Sequence record: OR896830.1
Length of the DNA: 64,000 nt
Reading direction: 5' to 3' (one strand)
Source of the DNA: Escherichia phage LinBro
Both the position numbers and the translations under genes were made by a program. The notes beneath the pieces are model-generated. The model did not search any database. It saw nothing but the letters and a program-made list of their open reading frames with translations, and had not been told where the DNA came from. This document shows, one piece after another, positions 28,578-38,082 of this stretch. Positions within the stretch are counted from its first letter, which is position 1; the number at the start of each line of letters is the position of its first letter.

Positions 28578-28734
28578 TACATGCGTAAAGCTCTAAGTCA
28601 TTTTTATCCGGTTTATGAAAACAGTTTGCTCCGCAGTGGCAACGAAATGGCTTTCCACCAACTGTCAGGACGAAGGACTGAATCTTTCCATCAGGAGTTC
28701 GTACAGCATTTTTATGCTTATCTTCTTTGTTCAT
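28543..28734 (-). CDS. small zinc-ribbon protein
   Basis: 63 aa, CHCGANC...CNAC. Confidence 0.35.
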   Translation of the reverse strand: MNKEDKHKNAVRTPDGKIQSFVLTVGGKPFRCHCGANCFHKPDKNDLELYACNACNTWYHSEE

Positions 28735-29036
28735 TTCCTCTTGCCACCAATTTCTACGTCAATAACTTGAACATCACCAGCAACATCAAACTTATGAATG
28801 ATGCTTTCCACAGTGTAAGTCCAACCATCAATGCGAACCAACTCACCTTCTCGTGGGACGATTGGGTTACGTTGAGCTACCGTTGTAGTAGAGTGAACAA
28901 CATCATAACAATAGATATAGTTTACTAGGACTTCCATCGTGAAACCCTCACTCAATAACCGTAGTGTGTGATTGACCATTTTTGCCATAGCTATAAGATG
29001 TTGTTGTTTGGGAGTTTGGACATCTGACAACAACAA
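28731..29036 (-). CDS. hypothetical protein
   Basis: 101 aa ORF. Confidence 0.35.
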   Translation of the reverse strand: MLLSDVQTPKQQHLIAMAKMVNHTLRLLSEGFTMEVLVNYIYCYDVVHSTTTVAQRNPIVPREGELVRIDGWTYTVESIIHKFDVAGDVQVIDVEIGGKRK

Positions 29037-29208
29037 TATCTCTGCTTATAGCATCACCATGTAACTTGTATACTCTGCAATCTTGCATCTCTGGTGGGAG
29101 GCTGTAAGAAGCATTTTTATCTTCATAAGAAGGGTTGCAGCCAGATAGAAAAATAACACCAAGCGCAATTACTGATTTCCACATAATACACCCCTGTTTA
29201 CTGTTCAC
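28948..29208 (-). CDS. putative lipoprotein
   Basis: Signal peptide with lipobox-like FLSGC; likely true start at internal Met MWKSV. Confidence 0.4.
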   Translation of the reverse strand: MNSKQGCIMWKSVIALGVIFLSGCNPSYEDKNASYSLPPEMQDCRVYKLHGDAISRDIVVVRCPNSQTTTSYSYGKNGQSHTTVIE

Positions 29209-29353
29209 GATGCTCTACTTCTCTGTATGTACGTCGATAATGAATGATAAGTGGTGCTAATTCATTGCTTTTAACATTTGAGCGTAACAGTTGCCAGTCA
29301 AAACCTTTACCAACTCTTCCATATAAATTAAAAAACTTAACTTTGCGTTTCAT
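29198..29353 (-). CDS. small basic hypothetical protein
   Basis: 51 aa ORF (MKRKVKFFNLYGRVGKGFDW...) below the ORF-track cutoff, preceded by GGAGATACC RBS-like sequence. Confidence 0.25.
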   Translation of the reverse strand: MKRKVKFFNLYGRVGKGFDWQLLRSNVKSNELAPLIIHYRRTYREVEHREQ

Positions 29354-29371
29354 TTTCGGTATCTCCAATAT

Positions 29372-29599
29372 TCAGAGGTTAATATTAATACGTTCGCCCT
29401 TAAGGACTCCAGTACGGTCCCTTGCAATCTTACCATCAACAATAAGGATATGCACAGACCTTAAAGAGTCATTATTAAAACCTTTTACGAACTTACTAGG
29501 CATCACTACAATAAGCATCTCCTGAATCAACTCTGGAGTATAGCAGTTATCATGAAGTTGTTGGATAACGTCTGCAAGTGTCATTTTTGATGTCTCCAA
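29372..29599 (-). CDS. hypothetical protein
   Basis: 75 aa ORF. Confidence 0.35.
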   Translation of the reverse strand: METSKMTLADVIQQLHDNCYTPELIQEMLIVVMPSKFVKGFNNDSLRSVHILIVDGKIARDRTGVLKGERININL

Positions 29600-29790
29600 T
29601 ACTCAATGTCAATAAGTTCTTGTGCAATGCTTTTCAGATTACCTTTCAAGAAAACCTTCTCAGAACCTGAAAGAGATGAATTGTCAATTAACCTGTTCAT
29701 TCTCTCAAACAACTTCTGCTTACGGTTCTTGATAGTTTCCTTTGAAGCGCCTTTCATCATCGCTGCATGGGTTCTTCCACGATGGCTCAT
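29581..29790 (-). CDS. hypothetical protein
   Basis: 69 aa ORF with GGAGGA RBS 7 nt upstream. Confidence 0.4.
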   Translation of the reverse strand: MSHRGRTHAAMMKGASKETIKNRKQKLFERMNRLIDNSSLSGSEKVFLKGNLKSIAQELIDIEYWRHQK

Positions 29791-29851
29791 AAGTCCTCCT
29801 ATACAAGATATTGTATAAGGTACTCTTCCCTGAGCACCTTGTCAATACTAA

Positions 29852-30408
29852 TTAGTGTACTTCAAGCCAATTCTTACCAACTTTACCAGTACCAGTTACA
29901 AGCGTTTCCTCCTTAAGTCCTAAGTTTCTTGATGCCTGACCATACATCCAGTCAATCACTGCTTTAACATCTTGTGTCATCTCTTCTGGGCACTCCCAAC
30001 TGTTCTCATCGTGGTATGCTAGAAGCAATCTAGCACCAATAGCTGGTTTTCGACCATTCAGCTTTGTAAGACCCTCTTCACAAGTTCTTCTACAAGCGAG
30101 GTTGATGGCTTCATTCTGAACCTGACTTTCCGAACCCATGAGCAGATAATTCAATAGTTTGTGTGGAGATTTACACCACAACCATGCACCAGCAACCTTT
30201 ACAAAACCACCTTTAGAGATTGCAGCAGTCTTACCAAATACCTCTTCAAGAGCCTTCTTAGTGGCTTTGAAGTCAGCTTCCAAATTATCTATCAACTTTT
30301 TAATCTTAGGGAGGCGTACAAAGTAAGTTTGCTTAGTTAAAGCACCTTCTTCGGTTGTTGATGCTTTAATCGTCTTGGCAAACTTCTCATCACCTGCCCC
30401 AAACAATA
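29852..30408 (-). CDS. DNA polymerase (family A), exon 2
   Basis: Begins LFGAGDEK (end of O-helix/motif B) and contains motif C LLLAYHDE; joined in frame to exon 1 by predicted splicing. Confidence 0.7.
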
Positions 30409-31209
30409 CATCTGGTCAATACACTCGCAAGGTGTACCAGTTCTCTTATGAACTTCTCCGCATTTCTACGGAGTGTCGGACTATATCACGTAGTAGTAAT
30501 ACTACCGTTGCACTTGGGAATGGTCATTAGCTTACCACCCTACTCTACTCAGTTCATACATTAAGTATGCTTTTCGATAGTCTCTGAACGTTTCTCTGTT
30601 AGGAACTCTAAAATACTATTGTTTACTAAGGTATGCAATTGCTCTCTGCATATTATCAACGCTATCTGCAAGCAACCCCAAAGCCCTATTGCAATTGTGG
30701 CACAACATACCTCTTACTTTTCCGGTTTTGTGGTCATGGTCAACGACAAGTTTAGCCTTATGCCGTGAACTATTCATGATAAAACCTTCACCGCCACAAA
30801 TTTGACATTTGTAATCACAGTTACGAAGTAGGGTTTCAACCTCTTCTCTTTCTAAACCATATGTTCTCAGGTAGTAATTCTTAACTCTACCTTTCTCTCC
30901 GCAATGCGAAGAACAATAAACTTGCCTTGCTGTTCTAGGCATGAACACCTTCTCACAGCTAGGACATTTCTTAGTAAGAACCCTATGTTCTGCTCTTCTG
31001 TCAAATTTTAATACGCAACTTCTGCACCGTTTTTGATTGTATTGGTATGGTTTAAACTCTGCACCACACTCAGTACACAATCTCTCTTTGTAACCTGCCA
31101 TTGTCTCTCTCCTTTGCTTTAGGAGTCCTAACAGAGACTTCGCTGCTGATTACCATATCTTTACAGACTTAGGCTTCCAGCAATTCACAACGTTTTACAT
31201 GCGCCACTG
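30409..31209 (-). mobile_element. group I intron interrupting the DNA polymerase gene (carries an HNH ORF)
   Basis: Exon 1 ends in U (31210) and intron ends in G (30409); P1 helix exon UAUGCGU with guide GCGCAUG (31204-31198); core elements GTTCAGAGACTA (30589-30578) and GATATAGTCC (30487-30478) on - strand; exon lengths sum in frame (2173+557=2730). Confidence 0.75.
30616..31101 (-). CDS. intron-encoded HNH / endonuclease VII-family homing endonuclease
   Basis: Cys-rich zinc ribbons (CTECG, CRSC, CPSC, CQIC) and VVDHDHKTGKVRGMLCHNCNRALG catalytic motif. Confidence 0.7.
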   Translation of the reverse strand: MAGYKERLCTECGAEFKPYQYNQKRCRSCVLKFDRRAEHRVLTKKCPSCEKVFMPRTARQVYCSSHCGEKGRVKNYYLRTYGLEREEVETLLRNCDYKCQICGGEGFIMNSSRHKAKLVVDHDHKTGKVRGMLCHNCNRALGLLADSVDNMQRAIAYLSKQ

Positions 31210-33382
31210 ACGCATAAATGCCATTCTTGGCTTTCTTACGACCCTTACTAATTTCTTGAAGAAGGTTTGTATCCTGAGTAGCTCGACAAGTCAAGATATC
31301 TTCCTCTTTATTAAGGCTGAAGTAGATGCTATTTAAAGTATGCGCATCAGTTCCTGAGTACACCACGTACAAGTCATTTTCAGAATCATAATGCAAATAC
31401 TTGTCAATCTCTGGGTTTAGATACTGGTCAAAATGTTTGCAATAGTATCTGCCATCCTCTTGTTTGACAAACTCAACTTCTTCTTTACCCTCTGTCACTG
31501 CTTTGGTGAACTCTTTATCACCCATAAAGTTACACAGCAGTACAAGTTGCGCGCTATTCATATCTGCTGAAACAATATTAGTTCCTTCTTCACAAGTCCA
31601 CACCTCCCTCATAGGTGCTCCATAGACAGCAGCACCAGACGGTACGTTTACAATACCATATTGTGTCATACGTCCAGTTGAAGTACCAAACACCATTGCA
31701 CCAGCACTAAGGCGACCATCAGGACGAATCTGGTTCAACCAACCTTTTTCATCATCTTTTGAGTTCTCAATAGTTCTGCGTCGGTGCATTAAAGTATAGT
31801 ACTTAGCAATCTTCTGTCCAAGCTCACCTTCAATCGTATCATAAGATGATTCAGTAAGTTTTGGTGAAGTACGGATTAAGCAAGGCTCAAGCAAATCTGT
31901 GTACTTCTTCACAGACCAGTTATGCTCAATGTACTGTACACCTTCATGTTCAACATAACTCAAACCACACCGCTCAACCATTTCCTGCCACTTAGGATGC
32001 TTTGTAATCATCTTTTTATTGTCTTTGAAACGACAAACTTTAACAGGGCGACCATCTGAGTCTTTCTTGTAGTTCCAGTCATCTGGAATCCAACCAACTG
32101 ATTTCAAGTAGTCTTTAACAACTGCTACCTGAGTCATACGAGAAACTTCGAACTCAATTGGTGTATATGGTGCATCAATCAAACCTGTGTAGCGACTTGA
32201 CTCAAGTTCAAAGTGATTGACAACGTGACTGTTATAGTACTTCACAGTCTTGACTGTTTTTACTGGTTTCCAGTCTTTGCATTTTTTGCCAATCTTTGCA
32301 TTCAACTCGTTGCAGATTGCACGAGCATCCTTCATCGCTACAAAACCCTCTTTGTACTCTTCACCAGTTACAGAGTTGGTTGGTGTATAGCAATTTCTCT
32401 TTTCAATGTTAAAAATCTTTGTAGTTGGCTTACCAAATGGTTTGATTTCATAAGTCTGCATCTCACCATTACGTACCTGCTGACGGTACTTTGTCTTAGG
32501 GTACTTGGTAATTCTCTTCAGTCCATCTGCATGACCAAATGTTTCAACATACTCATTCCAAGCTTTTGCAAACTCTTCTCCAGTCACTTTACCTTTGGTC
32601 TTAATAGTTGGAGGTAGATGTGGTTCAACCTCTGAAGCAAGCTCATTAGTCAACTTGTCAAGTTCCTTTACATGGAACTCCATAAGCTCCTTATCAGCTT
32701 TCCAACCATTGATAGCTTGTTGACTCATCCAGAAAGATGTTTCTTTAGCTCGCATATAGGTTTCATAAGTATCTATGCCACACTTCTTAAGCTTGAGATA
32801 CTCATTATCAAGTGCCCGTTTAGTTTTGGCGTTAATACGGATATCTTCTACAACACGAGTGAAGATTTCTGCATTCCACACACCCCAATGTTCAATCTCT
32901 GGTTTACGGACACCAACACGAGCACCCCATGCAGCCAAACCATGAGCACCTTTATAACCCTTTGGGGTTGGCCTATCCATCCACTGAACACGAGACTGGA
33001 TAAGAGAATCCTGAAAGAAATTACTCCACGGCTTACATTTTGGATTATCAAAGTTCCATAAATCAGGCGCAATGTGATTGAAAACCCACCAGTCATAGCC
33101 GAGACCATTATGGATGCAAAGACGTTTTGCCTTTAACGCAAATTCAACACCTTCACGTAAGCCGCCCTTGATGTACTTAGTGTACTTGTGACCGAGGATA
33201 GGTTCATCTGTAAAGACCCATACAGGTGGCTCTTCATCATCAGATTTATAGTCTGCGAAAGCCATTACGTGCACTTTAGTGAACTCAAGGAGTAAACCAT
33301 CAGTTTCTGTATCACCAACCAAATGTAAGTTTTTAAAATCTACGTTTTCCATTTTTACTCCCTCTAAAATCATTAACCTCAT
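31210..33382 (-). CDS. DNA polymerase (family A), exon 1 with 3'-5' exonuclease domain
   Basis: Exo I motif HLVGDTETDGL near N-terminus; motif A-like IVSADMNSAQL; motif B start RKKAKNGIY just before the splice site; the track ORF continues 41 nt into the intron to stop at 31169. Confidence 0.75.
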
Positions 33383-33547
33383 ACATTACTGCAAAAAATT
33401 ATAAAAAGCAAGTTGACAATGCACTTGACAAGGTGTTAATCTTTGCGAAGTGGGTTTTTACTTAAAAGGTTACTTAACAGTTTAACTATACAGATACTTT
33501 AAAACTCTTAAAAGATTATTTAATAGCTTTTAAAAAGCTTTAAAGTA

Positions 33548-33566
33548 TAACGTATAGAATACGTTA
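33548..33566. promoter_or_regulatory. perfect 8-3-8 palindrome (TAACGTAT-aga-ATACGTTA), candidate operator
   Basis: Read directly; ~45 bp upstream of first rightward early gene in AT-rich divergent intergenic region. Confidence 0.4.
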
Positions 33567-33609
33567 AGATAAAAGATTAAAACTTAATAGCTACTTAAAA
33601 GAGGCTTAC

Positions 33610-34032
33610 ATGCAGAAAATGTTTGTTCACCCAGACATAGCTGACTTTGTTAGAGCTTTGCAGAAGTTGGAAGAACTTGACATTGCTGCTCAACGGGAAT
33701 ATGCTCACCATCACAGGAGAATGGTTGATATACAACATGAAATAGAGTTGTCTGAAGACTATGAAGATGACTTAAAATGCTCTGTATTTGAGCATATGAA
33801 AGATGTTGCTACAGCGAGACGTAAAGCTAAAGACACAGTTGCTTTACTAGATTCTCTTAAAAAGAGGTTGCAAAGTGGTACAGACCTGTGTAATCTAGCA
33901 TCACTGATTAACGATGTTGAAACTTCTTGGGATAGGCACTATTATCCACGTTCTGAAAAGACACTTGACTTTTCTTCATCCGAAAACTTAAAATGTTCTA
34001 GAAAGAAACTTAACCAACTGAGAGAGAAATAA
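33610..34032 (+). CDS. hypothetical early protein
   Basis: 140 aa ORF, first gene of rightward block, RBS aaaagagg. Confidence 0.4.
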   Translation: MQKMFVHPDIADFVRALQKLEELDIAAQREYAHHHRRMVDIQHEIELSEDYEDDLKCSVFEHMKDVATARRKAKDTVALLDSLKKRLQSGTDLCNLASLINDVETSWDRHYYPRSEKTLDFSSSENLKCSRKKLNQLREK

Positions 34033-34033
34033 T

Positions 34034-34834
34034 ATGAATATCGATGTAGAAAAGATGCTTGAAGAGAAAGGTGTTGATGAAGCATTCTTAATCAATGCCG
34101 TAGAAAGCATGGCTATGATTCTTCGTGGCAACAACTACACAGAACAGTTTATGCCTGCAAGCTATAACTTGCCTGAAGACAAGTCTGATAACGGTGCTTT
34201 TGCAGAACAGGTTAATATGATGTTGACAGACACTACACTTGCTCTGGCATCTATTGCGGTTGGTGTTGATGCACTTGCTGAGTTCATTTTTTATGAAATG
34301 CAAAAGAATGACTATATCAGGATGTCAGACGAAGATAAGGAACTGTTGCTGACTAAGGACACTGATTTCATTATTGATACGCTTATCTCATCAACGAGTG
34401 CTGTTATGGCTGTTCTTGAGAAGCGTATGGAAGAGAAACTTTCACGATATGAAAAACTTGATTGGGGCGTAGAAGAATTAAACCCACGAATCAAAGAGAT
34501 TATCCAGCAAACTAAAGAGTCTTTGGAAGAAGCTGTTGAAAATGACTCTGTAGCTGACATTGAACCACTTCAGGTGAAAGTTGCACTGATGATTCCAGCT
34601 ATATCTACGATGATGAATATCGTTGCACTAATCCAACTGTCACAGATGATGGGTGTGAGTATTGAGTTCATTGAGGAAATGACTGGTGGCGTTAGTATGC
34701 AAGCAATCAATGATGTTTTGGTGAACATTGGTGCTTCAATCATTGAAGAGAAACTACGCATTAACTTCGGTGATGATTTTGTGAAGCAAATCTCAGCTAT
34801 GGCTGAAAAAGAGGCTGCTGAGCAACTGCACTAA
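34034..34834 (+). CDS. highly acidic early protein (hypothetical)
   Basis: 266 aa with strong excess of Asp/Glu over Lys/Arg. Confidence 0.4.
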   Translation: MNIDVEKMLEEKGVDEAFLINAVESMAMILRGNNYTEQFMPASYNLPEDKSDNGAFAEQVNMMLTDTTLALASIAVGVDALAEFIFYEMQKNDYIRMSDEDKELLLTKDTDFIIDTLISSTSAVMAVLEKRMEEKLSRYEKLDWGVEELNPRIKEIIQQTKESLEEAVENDSVADIEPLQVKVALMIPAISTMMNIVALIQLSQMMGVSIEFIEEMTGGVSMQAINDVLVNIGASIIEEKLRINFGDDFVKQISAMAEKEAAEQLH

Positions 34835-34852
34835 GTCTTTATAAATCTTACA

Positions 34853-34876
34853 AGCCTCCTTAGTTGGGGGCTTTTT
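34853..34876 (+). terminator. rho-independent terminator
   Basis: AGCCTCC-ttagtt-GGGGGCT hairpin (one G-U pair) followed by TTTTT. Confidence 0.55.
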
Positions 34877-34895
34877 AGTAATTAAGGGAGATAAA

Positions 34896-35639
34896 ATGAG
34901 TAATATTATCGCATTTACTGGAAAGGCACGTTCTGGAAAAGACACCTCATGTTCTATTGTGAAGAACATCTTAGAGGATGAGTATGGCTACAATGTTGCT
35001 GTAATGGCCTTTGCAGACAACCTTAAACTATCTGCATCAAAGATATTTGACTTGACTTGGAATGACCTGTACGGTGAAACTAAAGAGACTCCACAGGTTT
35101 TTGACTTATCATACTCTGAACTGATGTTTAAAGTTACGGAAGCTATGGAGTTCACCTTCAGAGATGAACGTTACCATATGGACTTCAAGCTTATGTCAGA
35201 GTTAACCGGACGATTAATCATGGAGCTTAAGAAGGTTGCTAAACCGACTCTATTGACACGTCTGGGGTTTAGTAAAAAGTATAAATTCTCATCAAGACAA
35301 ATTCAACAGGTTTGGGGTACTGAAGTTGTCCGTAAAGTAATGGGCGACAAGTTCTGGTCTAAAGACCTTGAAAAAAGAATGGTTAGATTCCATGAAATGT
35401 GCTCACTTAGAAACCAATATGGTTTTGTCTTAATCAGTGATTTAAGATTTGACTCTGAAGCTGAATGGCTGAGTAGATTTGCACACCAAACTATTGAAGT
35501 AAAAAGAGACAATGTGGACAAAGTTTCATCACATGTTTCAGAAAATGGGATTTCTACAAAATATGAGCGTGACATTATTCATAATAATGGTACTCTTGCA
35601 GACCTTGAGAACAAGCTAAGAGCCATCATTAAAGTTTAA
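34896..35639 (+). CDS. deoxynucleoside monophosphate kinase
   Basis: N-terminal IIAFTGKARSGKDT P-loop matching the T4 gp1 dNMP kinase N-terminus (recalled from memory); 247 aa. Confidence 0.55.
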   Translation: MSNIIAFTGKARSGKDTSCSIVKNILEDEYGYNVAVMAFADNLKLSASKIFDLTWNDLYGETKETPQVFDLSYSELMFKVTEAMEFTFRDERYHMDFKLMSELTGRLIMELKKVAKPTLLTRLGFSKKYKFSSRQIQQVWGTEVVRKVMGDKFWSKDLEKRMVRFHEMCSLRNQYGFVLISDLRFDSEAEWLSRFAHQTIEVKRDNVDKVSSHVSENGISTKYERDIIHNNGTLADLENKLRAIIKV

Positions 35640-35647
35640 AAGAGAGA

Positions 35648-35848
35648 ATGAAGATGAGAGTAAAAGACAATTTTAAAGTTATTGACCACCGTTTAGTGGA
35701 ACTCTCATCTCTTTCCAATGAGGTAATGATTGAACGTCTTAAGAGGGTTGAATCACGAAGGAAAGAGATTGCAGATGAAATTCATGAACTGGACAAGATT
35801 GAAAATGGATTGAAGGAAGAACTACAACGAAGAGGTGCTAATGTCTAA
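35648..35848 (+). CDS. hypothetical coiled-coil protein
   Basis: 66 aa ORF. Confidence 0.3.
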   Translation: MKMRVKDNFKVIDHRLVELSSLSNEVMIERLKRVESRRKEIADEIHELDKIENGLKEELQRRGANV

Positions 35849-37826
35849 AGGTCGTAAATTGAAAGAGGCTGGTCAGTTTGTTGGTCATTGCGCATGTCCA
35901 CGTTGTGGTTCATCAGATGCTGGTTCAATCTATCATCATGACGATGGTTCTTATTCAATGACTTGCTTTAGTTGTAACAAAGGTTTCCCAGAGTGGGATT
36001 TTGATAAAGGACAAATCGTGAGCACTTATTCTACTGGTTCAGACAATAAAAACCGTACTTTCCGTGGAATGGATTTAGACGATGTGAAAGAAAACCTTGA
36101 AGCAATGGACTTAAAGGATAGGAAGATTCCTGCAAAAGTCCTTGAACGCTTAGGTATCAAGGTTGACATTGACAGTGACGGTGAAATTGATGCGCACTTC
36201 TATCCAACTTACAAACGTAATGAAGATGGTAAGCTGGAACATGTTGGCTACCGTGTTCGTCACCGTTACCCAGAAGACCATCCAAAAGAGCACCTACGTG
36301 GTAAGCTAAAAGACTTTTCTGGTGGTGTTGGAGACATTAAAGGTGAACTAGCAATGTTCGGTTCATGGATTGCTCCAGAAGGTGGTAACCGTCTATTCAT
36401 CTGGGAAGGTGAGATGGAATGTGCGACAGCAATCTATATGACTTCTCTTGCGATTAAGGACAAGTCTCGTCGTAAGAATTACTGTCACGTATCTGTTCCA
36501 TCAGGTGCAAACATTAAGTCTATCAAAGACAACTATCAGTACATCACATCATTTGATGAGATTTACTTGTGCTTTGATAACGATGAAGCAGGTGCTAAAG
36601 CCACTAAAGAGGCTGCTGGCATTCTCCCTATCGAGAAGGTTCGTTTATTCCAGTATCCAGAAGGTGTAAAAGACCTTAACGAATGGTGGACAAAGTTCTA
36701 TAAAGAGAAAGATACAGTTCTTGAAGGGTTTAAGCAGCGTATATACAATGCACCCCGTTACTGCCCTGCTGGTATCAAGAACTTCGCAGATGGTTTTGAG
36801 GCAATGAAGAATCGTGGTCAGATTCCATTGATTCCTTTCCCAGAATCATTCGGAGATTTGAACAGACTGACTTATGGCGGTTATGGTTTAGGTGAGATTA
36901 CAACTCTGGCAGCACCCTCTTCAGTGGGTAAATCTGCATACACTCGTGAAATGATTTACACAGCTTGGAAAGAAACCGATTACAATATTGGTGTAATTCC
37001 TGTAGAAGATACCTATGAAGAGTTGATGGAGATGCTTTGTGCAATCCACCTTAGCAAGCAGATTTCTGAGATTCCTTATGACGAACGCGATTGGGATGAA
37101 TTGAAGGAAGCACACGCAGAACTGTCTAAAGGTCGTCGTATCCACATCGTAGACCATCAAGGGGCAATTGACCAAGATAACTTGCTGGAGTTTGTTGACT
37201 ATCTTGTTAATAGCTTAGACTGTAAGATTATTATTCTTGACCCTATTACGTTGGCTCTGTCACGTTCAGATACGGATGAAGAGGAAGTTTTGTCTGAGCT
37301 ATTGCGTCGTTGCAAACGCTACCAGTATGCACAAGTGAACGTCTGTCACGTTCGTAAGAGTGCAGGTGGTCAGAAGGCTAACTCTGAAGGTGGGGATATC
37401 TCTGAAGAGGATATTAAAGGCTCTGGTGCGTATTTCCAGATTTCTATGAACAACATTCTGTTAATGCGTAACAAGGTTGACCCAGACCCTGTTAAGAAAA
37501 ACTTGACAAAAATCAAGCTAACTAAATGTCGTCGTCACGGTAAGTCAACGGGTATTGCTGGTCATACTTGGTACAATCCAGATACAGGACGCCTCATCAA
37601 AGCATCTGGTTGCGGAGTTGACATTGATGGTGCAGCAGAAAATATTCGCCAACAGTTTGGTATTGGTGAAGCTGAAGACCATTACGATGACTCTTTGCCA
37701 CATTATGAGGATGAAGTGTTTGACCGTGAGACTGGTGAAGTCTATGCTGAAGAGCAGCGCCAAAGCTCAACGATTCCACCTGTATTAAGTGAGGATGCAG
37801 ATGACTGCCCATTCGAAACTGAGTGA
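35835..37826 (+). CDS. bifunctional DNA primase/helicase
   Basis: N-terminal zinc ribbon CACPRCGSSD...CFSC, central TOPRIM-like region, C-terminal DnaB-like Walker A LAAPSSVGKSAYT. Confidence 0.7.
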   Translation: MLMSKGRKLKEAGQFVGHCACPRCGSSDAGSIYHHDDGSYSMTCFSCNKGFPEWDFDKGQIVSTYSTGSDNKNRTFRGMDLDDVKENLEAMDLKDRKIPAKVLERLGIKVDIDSDGEIDAHFYPTYKRNEDGKLEHVGYRVRHRYPEDHPKEHLRGKLKDFSGGVGDIKGELAMFGSWIAPEGGNRLFIWEGEMECATAIYMTSLAIKDKSRRKNYCHVSVPSGANIKSIKDNYQYITSFDEIYLCFDNDEAGAKATKEAAGILPIEKVRLFQYPEGVKDLNEWWTKFYKEKDTVLEGFKQRIYNAPRYCPAGIKNFADGFEAMKNRGQIPLIPFPESFGDLNRLTYGGYGLGEITTLAAPSSVGKSAYTREMIYTAWKETDYNIGVIPVEDTYEELMEMLCAIHLSKQISEIPYDERDWDELKEAHAELSKGRRIHIVDHQGAIDQDNLLEFVDYLVNSLDCKIIILDPITLALSRSDTDEEEVLSELLRRCKRYQYAQVNVCHVRKSAGGQKANSEGGDISEEDIKGSGAYFQISMNNILLMRNKVDPDPVKKNLTKIKLTKCRRHGKSTGIAGHTWYNPDTGRLIKASGCGVDIDGAAENIRQQFGIGEAEDHYDDSLPHYEDEVFDRETGEVYAEEQRQSSTIPPVLSEDADDCPFETE

Positions 37827-38082
37827 TAGTTATAAAAGAGAGGGGTTCACACCCTTCTTTGAAGAAAAAAGTTTAAATAAATTTCAGGAAGAGTGTTTGA
37901 CAAAGATTGATAGACTCTATAGAATGCTCCTCATGAAATGCGATGGAGAGGTTGAGATAAAAGAAGATTTTCACCAGAGCATGATTACAGTCATCATTGC
38001 GCTGCCTCAGCATAATATTAGTTGGCTGTTTATAATTAAAGAAAATGTGTTTGAATATCAAGTATATCGGAGAATATCATGA
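37789..38082 (+). CDS. hypothetical protein
   Basis: 97 aa ORF overlapping the end of the primase-helicase gene; start uncertain. Confidence 0.3.
   Translation: MRMQMTAHSKLSDSYKREGFTPFFEEKSLNKFQEECLTKIDRLYRMLLMKCDGEVEIKEDFHQSMITVIIALPQHNISWLFIIKENVFEYQVYRRIS

Noticed and set aside
29244-29525. 93-aa plus-strand ORF in the minus-strand accessory block
   Set aside because: All neighbouring genes are on the minus strand and this ORF overlaps two of them antisense; no RBS.
30409-31209. Intein rather than intron as the cause of the split polymerase
   Set aside because: The polymerase frame ends at a stop codon and the endonuclease ORF is a separate gene; an intein would be one continuous in-frame ORF with Cys/Ser and Asn boundary residues. 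P1 pairing, terminal G and the conserved P7 elements support a group I intron instead.
32213-33108. Plus-strand ORFs (134, 129 and 86 aa) inside the DNA polymerase exon 1 region
   Set aside because: Antisense to a well-supported polymerase ORF with conserved exonuclease and polymerase motifs; hydrophobic low-complexity translations.
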